A DNA stretch of 64,000 nt from Octopus sinensis (GCF_006345805.1 NC_043007.1:15686001-15750000); one strand, 5' to 3'. Shown: positions 24,374 to 37,488, numbered from the stretch's first letter. Program-made: numbers and translations. The notes: a model not told the origin generated them from the sequence alone.

Positions 24374-24558
24374 TTAAACGGTAAGATAACAAAAGAAAGA
24401 AAGAGACCACAATATTATGTAAATAGAGGAGGAATTCTTTATACAAAAAGTTACATTACTCGGCATCTGAAACTCAGATTTTTATCTTGACTACCGAGTA
24501 ATGTAAACATATTATTGTGTGTATATATATATATATAATATATATATATATATAATGG

Positions 24559-24589
<31 letters not shown>

Positions 24590-24819
24590 CTTTAGGACAA
24601 TCACTAAGGTGTCATAATAGGACTCAGAGTTTCAAATGCCGGAGCTAAGAGCTACGATGCATTCTCATCGGCTGTTATGGGATGTGAAGGCATCGCAGCT
24701 CTTAGCTCCAGCATTTGAAACTCTGAGTCCTACTGTGACAACTTACTGGTTGTCCTAAACAATACATATATTTACCTAATATTTCCTGTATTTACTTAAT
24801 ATCGAGATGTTAGTTAGTT

Positions 24820-25083
24820 AGTTAGTTATTTGGCTCAAAAGCAAATAGCAAGGCCATGTAGGGGGACAGGAGTTAAGTACAGGGTGGTGTTCATGTAAAG
24901 AGTTCAGGCCACTTGAGGTCAAGGGAGGTTGAACAAAGCGGTCGTCGCATCTTCACCATCTCGTCTGGCAGCTTGTTCCACGGATCCGCAACCCGGACGG
25001 AGAAAGCTCCTCTCCTTCGATTGAGATGAAATCGTCGCAGTAGAGCTTTTCGGAATGACCCCGCAGCCGCTTTCTTTTGTTGA
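24820..25083 (-). mobile_element. CR1-type LINE 3' fragment with (TAAC)n tail
   Basis: Minus strand RLRGHSEKL../RRFHLNRRRGAFSVRVADPWNKLPDEMVK..., the typical CR1 ORF2 C-terminus. 3' UTR has CATGGCC plus a hairpin, then TAACTAACTAAC. Confidence 0.85.
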
Positions 25084-25206
25084 CATTATGTTGTTGTTAT
25101 TATATTATTATTATTATTATTATCATTATTATTACTATTATTAATATTATTGCCGTTATTGTTATTGTTTTTACACATATATATACAACATAGATACATA
25201 TGTATA

Positions 25207-25238
<32 letters not shown>

Positions 25239-25334
25239 CATATAAAAGTAAATAAATGGCACAACGAAGCACCGAACCACATACATACATGGATGCATAC
25301 ATATACACACAAACATACATACGTATATATATAC

Positions 25335-25372
<38 letters not shown>

Positions 25373-25379
25373 TATATAT

Positions 25380-25433
<54 letters not shown>

Positions 25434-25489
25434 GTGTGTATGTATGTGTATATATATATATATATAATACAAAATATGAGGAGGCAAAA

Positions 25490-26312
25490 CATCCGGATAG
25501 TTAGGTGATACAAAAATAGGATAACAAAACATTCAGATAGACGATACAAAGAAAACAAGGAGGGGTCATTTGAAGTTTTCTTTCTTCAGTCAAGTATCAG
25601 ATAATCTTCACAATTTCGGTTGATTATACTTGAGATTGCTCCAATCTGGCCAACTCCAAGGAAAACTAAGCTAAAAGCATTAGATTCCTTGAAGAAAGCA
25701 CCGAATGTATACAAAAACAAGGACGGAAAAAAACGGACAACGTTACACAAATACAATAAAAATAATAACAGGACATAACAACAGGTGTCTTTCGACTAAG
25801 GACGTATTAAATTATGCCGGCGTGTGTGGAAACGAAGACTTACGGCAGGGATACAAGATTTCACAAACACAGGGAGGAATATGGATGTTGCACGGACAAC
25901 AGCCAGAACAAGAATGAAAGAATAGGCTTGGCCGAACGCAGGTCACGTGAGAAGAGAAGAGAGAGAAGTAGTAGCAGAGAACAGAAGGATTAAGGAGGGG
26001 CGAGAAAAAATGACCGTCGTGTGAGGATAAAATACCCCCGATTTGAACAGTACCGTCTAGGTTCAGGAACTGTGTAGTTTTAACCAAACGAGCCATTATA
26101 TACGAAGTGGTTAAATATTTGTGTGTATCGTTGGCGATTTTCTATCTCCGTCTTCCCGTCTTTTGGACTTTCCTCTATTTCTGAAGAAGAGCTTTGCTCG
26201 AAACGTAAAATCCGCTTTCATTTCTTTCCTGAGCGTCTGATAATACAGTACTTGTACCACGTCCTCGCATTGTTGTTTTTCGTTTTCTTGTTTGTTCTTT
26301 GCTTGGATTCAC
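25490..26312. mobile_element. Non-autonomous Penelope-type derived repeat(s)
   Basis: 25500-25620 (minus) is homologous to 58755-58875 and 11890-11985 (shared TGACTGAAGAA...GAATG(A/T)CCC motif). 26120-26310 (+) carries a minimal hammerhead. Microsatellite flanks. Confidence 0.55.
26177..26211 (+). ncRNA. Minimal type I hammerhead ribozyme candidate
   Basis: AUUU-CUGAAGA-A-GAGC(UUU)GCUC-GAAA-CG-UA-AAAU: canonical CUGANGA core, 4-bp stem II, palindromic ACGU stem III, UA cleavage site after 26207, 4-bp stem I. Confidence 0.72.
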
Positions 26313-26325
26313 CTCATACATACAT

Positions 26326-26502
26326 ACATACATACATACATACATACATACATACATACATACATACATACATGCATACATACATACATACATACATACA
26401 TACATGCATACATACATGCATGCATACATACATACATACATACATACATACATACATACATACATACATACATACATACGTACGTGCGTACGTACGTACG
26501 AA
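26326..26502. repeat. (TACA)n microsatellite
   Basis: Direct inspection. Confidence 0.95.
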
Positions 26503-26509
26503 CATACCT

Positions 26510-26826
26510 CAGGAGCACTCCATCGGTTACGACGACGAGGGTCCCTGCTGATACGATCAACGGAACAGCTTGCTCGTGAAATTAACGTGTAAGTGGCTGA
26601 GCACTCCACAAACACGTGCACCCTTAACGTAGTTCTCGGGGAGATTCAACGCGACACAGAATGTGACAAGGCTGGCCCTTTGAAATACATGTACTACTCA
26701 TTTTTGCCAGTGGACTGGAGCAACGTGAAATAAAGTATCTTGCTGAAGGACACAACGCATCGCCGGGAATTGAACTCACGACCTCACGATCGTGAGTCGA
26801 ATGCCCCTAACCACTAAGCCACGCGC
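26510..26826 (-). mobile_element. SINE-B1 (tRNA head, tail type 1)
   Basis: Minus strand GCGCGTGGCTTAGTGGTTAGGGGCATTCG...GTGAGTTCAATTCCCGG (A and B boxes); homologous to 51645-51962. Confidence 0.88.
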
Positions 26827-27429
26827 CTTCCTACGTACATACATACATACATACGTAGAAACACCAACAGAAGCACATCGAAGCATGCATAATATATATT
26901 TCAAACCATTTCATCTAGGGTTAATGGATGTTTGGTATTGTAAGATGATAGCTACTAATGTATTTGTATTTATTATTAATCAGCACTGAAAACAGTTTGC
27001 CATAGCGTAAGATATCTGGACAGGCTTCCATATACCTTGTCGATATTTGATCATTAGATACGCGTCTGCGAATAATAGTCTAAAACGATTTCCTGCTACT
27101 GTGAGAGCATATAGATTATAATGTGTTTTTTCGTTATTTCTGTGTGCGTATATGCTTCTGTGTATGTTTCTGTGCACTCATGTCCTTTCAAGGTGGCTAT
27201 TCTAATACTATGTTAAGAATGAAAACAGAACGTTTACTAATGGAGAGACTCGATATTGAAAGTACAACCAAATTTATTATATAATTCGTTTTAACTAAAT
27301 TCTTAAGTACCACCTGTTTTATAATTCAAGAATTCTGTATTGGATAAGGTGTCGGGGAGAACATGGGATCCCATGTAAAACAAATTTTATAATACATACG
27401 TACACATATATACACTTGCCGGCATGAGT

Positions 27430-27993
27430 ACATGCATACATACTTACACACACACACATACATACATACATACATACATACATACATACATACATACATA
27501 CATACATTCATACGTACATACGTACATACATACATACATACATACATACATACATACATACATTCATACGTACATACGTACATACATTCATACACACATA
27601 CATACATACATACATACATTCATACGTACATACGTACATACATTCATACATACATATATACATACATACTACATACATACATACATAAATACATACATAC
27701 ATACATACATACATTCATACATACATATATACATACATACATACACACATACATACATACATACATACATTCATACATACATACGTACATACATACATAC
27801 ATTCATACATACATATATACATACATTCATACACACATACATATATACATACATTCATACACACATACATTCATACATACATATATACATACATTCATAC
27901 ACACATACATACATACATACATATATATATACATACATACATACATACATACATACATACATACATACATACATACATACATACATACATACA
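27430..27993. repeat. Degenerate (TACA)n array
   Basis: Direct inspection. Confidence 0.95.
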
Positions 27994-28036
27994 TGCAAAT
28001 CTGTAAAACTTTTCAAAAGTTTATCATTTAAGTATA

Positions 28037-28473
28037 CAGTGTGCGATGGGTAAATTGTCGCCATTTTATATTTTTACTTTCGCGCATGCGAATTGTTTGT
28101 TTTCGATTTGGTCGAGTACAGAGTACTGTAGGGTCAGTTGAGCGCCGTCTGTGAGCAAAACAGCACCATGACGCAATTCACTCGGCCGGAAATTTGGAAA
28201 CGACATGCTGTACAGCTTGGCATTCGCACCGGAAGCCCCAATATGAACAGATGGTGAACACATAGAACAACCGTTGGCTTACCGTGTCTCCACAACATGT
28301 AACGCGAGTGATCGAAGTCAAACATCCAGTCAACATCATGGCGTTTGGAGTGTTTACCAGTGATGGAGAAGTCATGCCTCCATTTATCTTCCCACACGGC
28401 CTCAGACTCAACGGAGGTAGTGCTGCCCTGGGCCAAGAGGGTGGCTGTTGGAAGACCCGATGTCTGGCACACA
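28037..28473 (+). mobile_element. mariner/Tc1-superfamily (DD37D, maT-like) internally deleted element
   Basis: TA|CAGTGTG... left end; N-terminus MTQFTRPEIWKRHAVQLGIR; then WLTVSPQHV...KHPVNIMAFGVFTSDGEVMPPFIFPHGLRLN / EVVLPWAKRVAVGRP.VW, the segment preceding the second catalytic Asp. Subfamily assignment is from recall. Confidence 0.82.
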
Positions 28474-28477
28474 ACCA

Positions 28478-28737
28478 ACTAGTGACAGTGGCTGTCCGAG
28501 TGACTGTGGGTATGTCTAAGAGGGCTATTATGAACAGTAATGGCCCCAGAACAGTTCCCTGGGGGATACCACTTACGTTTTCAGTTTCCTCAGAACTACC
28601 TGACTTCTGTTTTTAAGGATGTCATGCAGCCACTCTCCCAGTTTGCCAGCGATGCCAAGGTCCGTAGCTTATGGCTTATCATGCCATGATCGACATTATC
28701 AAATGCCTTTGCAAAGTCAAGGTATATCACACTGATT
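28478..28737 (-). mobile_element. LINE reverse-transcriptase relic (CR1/L2 group)
   Basis: Minus strand VIYLDFAKAFDNVDHG.../LGIAGKLGEWLHDILKNR.../SGIPQGTVLGPLLFIIA. Confidence 0.88.
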
Positions 28738-28754
28738 GATAGATAGATAGATAT

Positions 28755-28811
<57 letters not shown>

Positions 28812-28826
28812 CAGACCGATAGATAA

Positions 28827-28871
<45 letters not shown>

Positions 28872-28900
28872 CAGACAGATAGATAGATAGATAGATATAT

Positions 28901-28956
<56 letters not shown>

Positions 28957-28957
28957 C

Positions 28958-29011
<54 letters not shown>

Positions 29012-29018
29012 ATAGATC

Positions 29019-29077
<59 letters not shown>

Positions 29078-29078
29078 G

Positions 29079-29136
<58 letters not shown>
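28738..29136. repeat. (GATA)n microsatellite
   Basis: Direct inspection. Confidence 0.95.
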
Positions 29137-29137
<1 letters not shown>

Positions 29138-29413
29138 GTTTTTGAAAGATTATGTCTCAATTTAGATATACTCAAAGTAGCAATAGCAGGTTGTATGGGA
29201 TTAAGCTGTTATTTCTTGAAGATTGAATAACCATATTAAGAACCTCACCCTTTTTTTTATAGAACTCTGGAATTTGCGCTATGTATACCAGGCTCTTTAG
29301 TTGACGCGCTGTCATTGGCCTCGTCGTCGTTTTAGCCAGCACTGCCGCCGTTGTCGCCATTGTCGCCTTTGACGTTGTTGTTGTTGTTATTGATGTTGTT
29401 GTTGATGCTCTAG

Positions 29414-30090
29414 GTGATAGTGGTAACGGTAGTGGTGGTGGTGGTACTGGTGGTGGTGGTGCTGGTGCTGGTGGTGGTGGTACTGGTGGTGGTGGTGGTG
29501 GTGCTAGTGCTGGTGGTGGTGGTGCTAGTGCTGGTGATGGTGATGGTGGTGCTGGTGGTGGTGGTGGTAGTGGTGGTTGTGGTGTGGTTGGGGTTGTGGA
29601 GGTGGTGCTGGTGCTGGTGGTGGTGGTGCTGGTGCTGGTGGTGGTGCTGGTGGGGCTGGTGTGGTGGTGGTGGTTGGGGTGGTGGAGGTGGTGCTGGTGG
29701 TGGTGCTGGTGGTGCTGGTGCTAGTGATGGTGGTGCTGGTGGTGCTGGTGGTGGTACTGGTGGGGGTACTGGTGGTGGGGTACTGGTTGGTGCTGGTGAT
29801 GGTGGTGCTGGTGGTGCTAGTGCTGGTGGTGCTAGTGCTGGTGATGGTGATGGTGGTGCTGGTGGTAGTGGTGGTAGTGGTGGTGGTGGTGGTGGTTGGG
29901 GTGGTGGAGGTGGTGCTGGTGGTGGTGCTGGTGCTGGTGATGGTGGTGCTGGTGATGGTGGTGCTGGTGGTGCTGGTGCTGGTGGTAGTGGCGGCGGCAG
30001 CGGCGTTGGTGGTGGTGGTGGTAGTGGCGGCGGCAGCGGCGTTGGTGGTGGTGGTGGTGGTAGTGGTGGTGGTCGGCGTCGTCGTCGTGT
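29414..30090. repeat. (GGT/GCT)n low-complexity trinucleotide tract
   Basis: Direct inspection; source of the Gly-, Val- and Thr-rich ORFs. Confidence 0.9.
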
Positions 30091-30467
30091 TGGTACCGAT
30101 GCTCGTTAGTACTTGTTTCAACCAATGAAACAGAAGCGAAAATCTGTTTTATTTTTCTTCCCCCCTATTCGCCTAGAAACAATTACAAATGTTAAGCAGG
30201 AACTTTCATAGTAAACTATAACAATATATGCAAATTGACGTGAGCGCCAAAGAAACTTGGAGCTCTTTATCTCGTTTGACCAAATTTTCTTTCGACTCTT
30301 TTCTTTATATTTTGTTTTCTATTCCTTCGCTAAGGATAGTAACCAAAGTCAAAAGGAAATAACATAAAGGAAATAACCACAATAGAACAAACTGGCACAA
30401 CCAGAAGGGAAGCTTTAATAGATATGTGGGTACGCACAAACATTTGCGCGCGCGCACACAAACACAC

Positions 30468-30853
30468 ATGGAAGCACTCCGTCGGTTACGACGACGAGGG
30501 TTCCGGTTGATCCGAATCAACGGAACAGCCTGCTCGTGAAATTAACGTGTAAGTGACTGAGCACTCCACAGACACGTGCACCCTCAACGTAGTTCTCGGG
30601 GGATATTCAGCGTGACACAGAGAGTGACAAGGCCGGCCCTTCGAAATACAGGTACAACAGAAACAGGAAGAAAGAGTGAGAGAAAGTTGTGGTGAAAGAG
30701 TACAGCAGGGATCACCACCATCCCTACCGGAGCCTCGTGGAGCTTTTAGGTGTTTTCGCTCAATAAACACTCACAACACCCGGTCTGGGAATCGAAATCA
30801 CGATCCTATGACCGCGAGTCCGCTGCCCTAACCACTGGGCCATTGCGCCTCCA
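30468..30853 (-). mobile_element. SINE-B2 (tail type 1), full length
   Basis: Head GGCGCAATGGCCCAGTGGTTAGGGCAGCGG...GATTTCGATTCCCAG on the minus strand. Confidence 0.92.
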
Positions 30854-30856
30854 CAC

Positions 30857-31225
30857 ATATCTGGATACAACTCACTCAACAAGAATTCCCTACTCGAATG
30901 GATCATTATACCACAGAACATGACAGAAAATGAATTTATCTAATCTGTTTTCACCTCCTATATACGAACATGTTGTTAAGACGTATCAGTCGCAACGACG
31001 TGATTTTGGTCCCACTGCAAAGCAACTTAAGCGAGAACGCTCTACTAGAGTACCAGGTCAACCAGGGCTTTGTGAGTGTATATAATAGTCGGAGTATATT
31101 TGGAGTCCTGTCATGTCTGCGTGCCTCTTTGCGTGTGTGTGTTTTTTCTCACTACTTATTGTGATGGTATTAAGTTAGACATGGCCTGGACCAATTTTTG
31201 GTCGAAATAAATCTAAGTTATCTAA
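30857..31225 (+). mobile_element. CR1/L2-group LINE extreme 3' end, split by a 215-bp templated insertion
   Basis: 30860-30900 matches 23861-23900 (GYNSxNKNSLLE); 31168-31215 matches the tail at 24003-24050. Confidence 0.75.
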
Positions 31226-31468
31226 ACATATATATATAAATATAAATATAAGTATATATATATGTCTTCGATCATAAGATGCTTAGATAATTAATTCAAA
31301 ACTTTTAAACTATCAAATTTATTTCATACATTATATTTATATTTTTATATTTATTTATTTATATATATTTTTAACACAATAAGTTCTTTCAGACGGGTAT
31401 ATCTTTATGTTGAATTTGCATATTAATTTCCTTATATTATATAATAATAATAATATGTTATTAAAAAA

Positions 31469-31500
<32 letters not shown>

Positions 31501-31600
31501 AGTATATATAAGTGTATAAATATAACTATATATATATATAAAGTAATATAAATATATATATAAGTGTACATATATAAAGTATATGTAAGTATATATATGT

Positions 31601-31651
<51 letters not shown>

Positions 31652-31654
31652 ATA

Positions 31655-31955
31655 ATATTAGGGAATAAATCTAAATTTACAGGGAAAAATCAGATTTAGG
31701 ATTGAATCCATTTTATAGTAAAATATAATATAATATTAATTAGAGACAAAACCACTATTATGCAAATCAAACAAAGAAAGACTTAATCCAATACATAAAA
31801 AAAATTATATAAATTAAATATAATTGTAATTAAGATATCCACTACGATCGTGGATATCTTAATTATATTTAATTTATATAAAATTTTTTATGTATTGGAT
31901 TAAGTCTTTCTTTGTTTGATTTCCATAATAGTGGTTTTGTCTCTAATTAATATTA
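31655..31955. repeat. Long near-perfect palindrome (arms 31731-31842 and 31850-31955), probably a Penelope-type terminus fold-back
   Basis: Arms are reverse complements with few mismatches and one 6-nt indel; 7-nt loop TACGATC. Confidence 0.88.
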
Positions 31956-31969
31956 TATATATATATATA

Positions 31970-32460
31970 GTTTTCGTTTAACAAATACATTCACAAGGCT
32001 TTGTTCAACTCGCACCTATCGTAGAATTTATTTGCCAGAGGTGCCACGCAATGGGACTGAACCAGGAGCCATGTTGGGAAGCAAGCTTCTTACCACACTG
32101 CCATGCCTGTATATTCTATTCTTTTATTCTTTTACTTGTTTCATTTATACGCTTTGCTGACATTTTGGAGTACCGACTTAAGGGGTTTAGCTGGACAACT
32201 CGTCCTTGATACTTTTTTTTTTAAATCTATTATTTATTCTATCGGTCTCATTAACCGAACTGCTAGTTTGCGGGGCGTAATGAACCAACCACGGTTGTTA
32301 AGTAGAGAGAAAAAACACACACACACAAAGAGGCACGCAGACATGACAGGACTCCAAATATACTCCGACTACTATATACACTCACAAAGCTCTCGTTGAC
32401 CTGGTGCTCTAGTAGAGCGTTCTCGCTGAAGTTGCTTTGCAGTGGGACCTAAATAAAGTC
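31970..32460 (-). mobile_element. Two degraded SINE-A copies
   Basis: Head fragment 31970-32108; older copy 32116-32460. Confidence 0.7.
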
Positions 32461-32646
32461 GTTGCGACTGATACGTCTTAACAACATGTTCGTATATAGG
32501 AGGTGAAAACAGATAACTCGTACAATATGTGTTTTTCTTTATCAAAAAATTTTAACTTAGCCTCATTTTCGAAATTCCCAGTATCATTAATCATAATACA
32601 TTTATTGTAACTTTTAATTTGTGTAAATGTGTATGGAATAATACAT

Positions 32647-33163
32647 CAGTTGAATAAAGTTAAAGCATGGTCTGGTTTTCACGTTTTTTATTATGGCATT
32701 TAAAAAGAAATTTAGCAATGTTGAAGTGTGTTAAACATTGAAAAGATATTTTGTAATGTTCATAAAGTTCAATTAGCACATTCATACGTTCGTAGTAATC
32801 ATCAGATTTCAAAATGTATTCAGGGGACAGTTGAGTTCTTGACGATTGTAGTAAAATGACTGACTTCGTTATTATACTTCTTAGAATTCTCCAACAAGGC
32901 TGAATTTTTGGAATACGGCTTTGACCAATCCGCATGCAGTTTAAACATTCCTTTTTATTACAGTTGCCATGAACTCAACAGTCAGTTAAATACATTTGAA
33001 ATGTGGTGATAACTACGAACGCGTAGAAAGCGCTAATTGAACTTGGTGAATATTACAAAATATTTGTTTAATGTTTATCACACATCAACATTGTAAAAAA
33101 AAATTTTTTTAAATACCACAATAAAAAACGCATAAACAAGACCATTTTAAAACTTTATTCAGA
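32647..33163. mobile_element. Old fold-back element/MITE with ~210-bp diverged inverted arms
   Basis: Reverse complement of 32650-32860 aligns by eye to 32950-33162 (e.g. ACTACGAACG...GCTAATTGAACTT...ATTACAAAATA...AATAAAAAACG...AACTTTATTCA). Confidence 0.72.
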
Positions 33164-33294
33164 TAATATAATATGTGTGTGTGAGTGTGTATGCGTGTGT
33201 CACGCATACCACACACACACCCAGATACGACATATATTTATGTATTTTATATATATATATATATATCTATATATATATATATATATATATAATA

Positions 33295-33333
<39 letters not shown>

Positions 33334-34078
33334 ATGTATGTATGTATGTATGTATGTATATCTAATATAGCACAGACTTCTTGTTGAGTCATTATCCACT
33401 CTTTATGATTAATTTTGTCACTTAGACAACCTGAACTTAACAGGTTATGTCAACGTGCTCAATACATAGGTTCTTCAATGCACTTAAGTGCCCTCGAGCC
33501 GGAAATTCTGAACCGGATTTTCAGTTATTGCTTTGCCTACAATAAGTTAGCTCTTGGTCGATCTATATTTTAACTACCTATGTTAACAATTTTGATATCT
33601 TCTTTTCCAAAAAAGGTATCAAATTTTAGGCTGACAAGTGGAATCTTTAAATGTACCTTCAATTTAAATACGGTTACGTATTCCAAGTTAACAGCATGTC
33701 CTATAGTTAAGGTGCATTCTTTTCACTTCTGAAGACCTACAATATAAACACACAGCAGCGTTTAGTTGGTGAGCAGTTGTCCACATTTAGGGATTTATTA
33801 TTTCTCACAAATGAACTAAAATTATACCGACTAGGTTCACGTACATGGTGTATGGGTGTGCGTGCGTAAGTATATGTGCGTATGTCTGTGTGTGTTTGTG
33901 TGTATATATAACCACATATATCCTTCGCACATATACATAATACTTCATTATCTTAAGATATGTTGAGTGACGCAATAACCAAGACGGTGTCGCCAGCACT
34001 TGTGACGCACAAAAACACACATACACTGTGTGTATGTATTTATATGTAAAATTGCTTATTCATGTGTATTTATATGTA

Positions 34079-34121
<43 letters not shown>

Positions 34122-34124
<3 letters not shown>

Positions 34125-36130
34125 CCTCCAAGACCTGTGAACAAATCTAAGTGCATAATTACCCAAAACAGTAAAACTATTAACAGAAAATAAAAAAAAA
34201 GATTCTGCCAACAGCCACACAACCTCATGAAAACCATCATCAATATCCAAAGAACAGCTGAGGAGAAAACCAAACTCAACTCAAAAGTGTTCACTTTTGC
34301 GAAAAATCACAAGGTCGCTGTCTCCACTATTGGCCCTCTAATTGATGGAAATGGCATTCTCCACGATAATGCCAAAACTATGAGTGAGTTACTGCAGAAA
34401 CAATACTGCTCTGTATTCATCAATCCTGATATCGCCGATATGGGCTGTATCAGTGATGTTAATCCCCAACACATGATATCGGATATAACGGTTGATGTCT
34501 TGGCGGCAATAAACGAAATTAAACACAATTCAGCAGTTGGCTCTGATAGGTTGGTTCCCTGCTTGTGTCCTGAAGATGTGTGGACACCAAATTGAAACTC
34601 CTCTTGCTAATCTGTGGAGGAGGAACTCACTGGATGCCGGTTATATTCCTGAAAACTTTCTGTCAGAGTCTGTTGTCCCAGTTTTCAAAAAGGGAAACAA
34701 GTCCTTTGCAGTGAACTACTGACCCATCTCACTCACCTCTCATATCATCAAGGTATTTGATAGGTGGTGAGATCACGAATAACCCACTTTCTTGAAAGCA
34801 ACAGACTGCTGAACCTCAACCAACATGGGCTCCGTAATGGAAGGAACTGCCTAACGCAGCTCCTGTATTACTTTGAGGACATTTTGAGAGCTTTGGGAGA
34901 ATGCTCCAGCACCGATGTCATCTACCTTGTTTTCAGCAAGGCCTTTGACAGGGTTGATCATAAGATTCTCTTGAAAAAACTAGTTAAAGTTGCTACAATG
35001 GCTCAAGTGTTTCCTGACATACAGAACCCAACACGCTGTAGTCGAAGGAATAAAATCAAGCCCACTCAAAGTCAGTAGTGGTGTTCTACAAGGTACTTTG
35101 TTGGGTCCACTTCTTTTCATTATTTACATCAATGACATTACTGACACTATCCAGTACGGCAACATAAGAATCTTTGCAGATGCCCCAGATGCTCCAGAAG
35201 GTCATCAATGAAGTGGGTGACCGGCATGCTTTCAGTCAGATCTACTGGCTGTCATCCAATGGGTGGAAAAGAACAATATGCTGCTGAGCGAGGACAAATT
35301 TGAGTTAATCCACTTTGGAAAAGAGAGTACCCTGAAACCCCCATACTCCAATCCTTCAGGTGAAACTCTCATGACATCCAACAACATCAGAGACTTGGGA
35401 ATAATTGTAGACGACAACATAAACTGGGCCGCTCATATAAACAGAGAACTTGACATAGCTCGCAGAATGTGTTCCTGGATTCTGAGAACTTTCCACTTGA
35501 GAAATATCCACACCATTTTCCTTCTCTTCACCGCTTTTTCCCAGCCACACCTTGAATACTGTTGTCCACTCTTGTCTCCTCACACGAAGCAAAGTATCAT
35601 GAAATTTGAAGCACCTCAAAGGTCAATTACGAAAAGGATAGATGGCATTAAAGGCCTTGACTACTGGGGTCGAATAGAAAAGCTCAAGCTTTATTCTTTC
35701 CAACACCGCCGTGAGCGCTACGTCATCTGTATGATGTGTGTAGTATTCCATCATTATTGCCCAAATGATGTTGGCATCCTCTTTAAGATACACCCAATTC
35801 ATGGGAACCGTGCTATCCGCCCTCAACATAAATCCCGCTCGCTTCTCATAACAACGATAAGGCACAATTATTTCACCTCAATTTGTCCCACTGTCTTTTA
35901 CATTAACCCAAATCACGTCAAAACAGAAACTGATCCCATAAAGTTCAAGATGTCTTTGGACAAGCTCCTTCAAAAAATCCCGGTTCAATCTCCGACACCC
36001 GGATATGTCTCCGTAGACAGTAACTCTCTCCTCGAGTAGGCCATGTTGTCCGATTCCTGATTTAAATTACTTAGCCAGGTGGTCCTATTAAGTTAAACAT
36101 GGCCGGGGCAATACAGGCCGAAACCTATCA
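34122..36130 (+). mobile_element. CR1/L2-group LINE, 5'-truncated, decayed ORF2
   Basis: ORF pieces give NY*PISLTSHIIKVF, QHGLRNGR, DVIYLVFSKAFDRVDH, SGVLQGTLLGPLLFIIYIND, IFADA (YADD motif), thumb, KLYSFQHRRERY. 3' UTR ends CATGGCC...GGCCGAAACCTATCAAAG then (TA)n. Multiple frameshifts and stops. Confidence 0.93.
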
Positions 36131-36133
36131 AAG

Positions 36134-36195
<62 letters not shown>

Positions 36196-36289
36196 CATGC
36201 AAGTGTCAATTGAATGACTAAACATCAACCTACACACATTCCCATATGTATATTTGTATTTACAAATTTATATATATAAATTTACAAGT

Positions 36290-36325
<36 letters not shown>

Positions 36326-36500
36326 GTTTTCCATTCATTTAGTCCTCTCGCTATTTCTCTTTCTTTCAACTATTTTCGTATAACTATTGAATTTTTATTC
36401 AAGATATATATATATATATATATATATATTCAGCCATCCGTTTCAAATATGTATGTATGGATATATATATATAATATATATATCATATATATATATATAT

Positions 36501-36532
<32 letters not shown>

Positions 36533-36540
36533 ATATATAT

Positions 36541-36580
<40 letters not shown>

Positions 36581-36713
36581 ATATATGTATATAAATATTA
36601 TATATATATATATAATATATACATAGTTAAAGAACGGCGGTGCATCAGCATGGCCGCAGCTCTGAGCTGAAACTAGAAAAAAAATACATACATACATACA
36701 CACGCACACACAC

Positions 36714-36751
<38 letters not shown>

Positions 36752-36800
36752 TATATACATATATATATATATATATATATACTATATACATATATATATA

Positions 36801-36845
<45 letters not shown>

Positions 36846-37341
36846 ATATATATATATTCATATACACGTTTGTGATTGTATGTACAACATATGTATATAT
36901 AGTTTTAGATACATAACTTCACACAGAGAAATCACGTATATACGTATTTATATATGTAGAAAATAACAGAGTGAACTGCCATACATACAATGCACAGATA
37001 TATAAATGACATGAAATTTTGAAAAAAAAAATGAATTTTTTTTTTCCATAAAAACCAATATCTGTGAAATCTGAACCAATTACTGCTTAACCCAGAGCAT
37101 GTGATGAAAGGAAGCGTGGAGCCATATTTCGTGATGATGCCGACATCAATGAAGCAGTCGCTATTCTTAGCCAAAGAATATCGTGAAAATAAAATCTCAC
37201 TTAAAAATTTCAATTTATATCATTTGTACTTGCCTATTTATTAGCTTGTGCATATATGTGTATGTGTGTGTGTGAATATATGTGCGTGTATACATACATA
37301 CATATATATATATATAGTTATATATGTGTGTGTATACATAG

Positions 37342-37417
<76 letters not shown>

Positions 37418-37449
37418 ATATATATATATATATAATATGTATATATATA

Positions 37450-37488
<39 letters not shown>

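Noticed and set aside
27424-28053. Long YIHT/MYVC-repeat ORFs (also 6686-6976, 26123-26621, 45027-45725, 56682-57125, 60121-60812)
   Set aside because: Translations of (TACA)n, (TA)n and (CA)n microsatellites.
29414-30128. Gly-rich, Thr-rich and His-rich long ORFs
   Set aside because: Open in several frames on both strands because of (GGT/GCT)n; no splice signals or unique domain.
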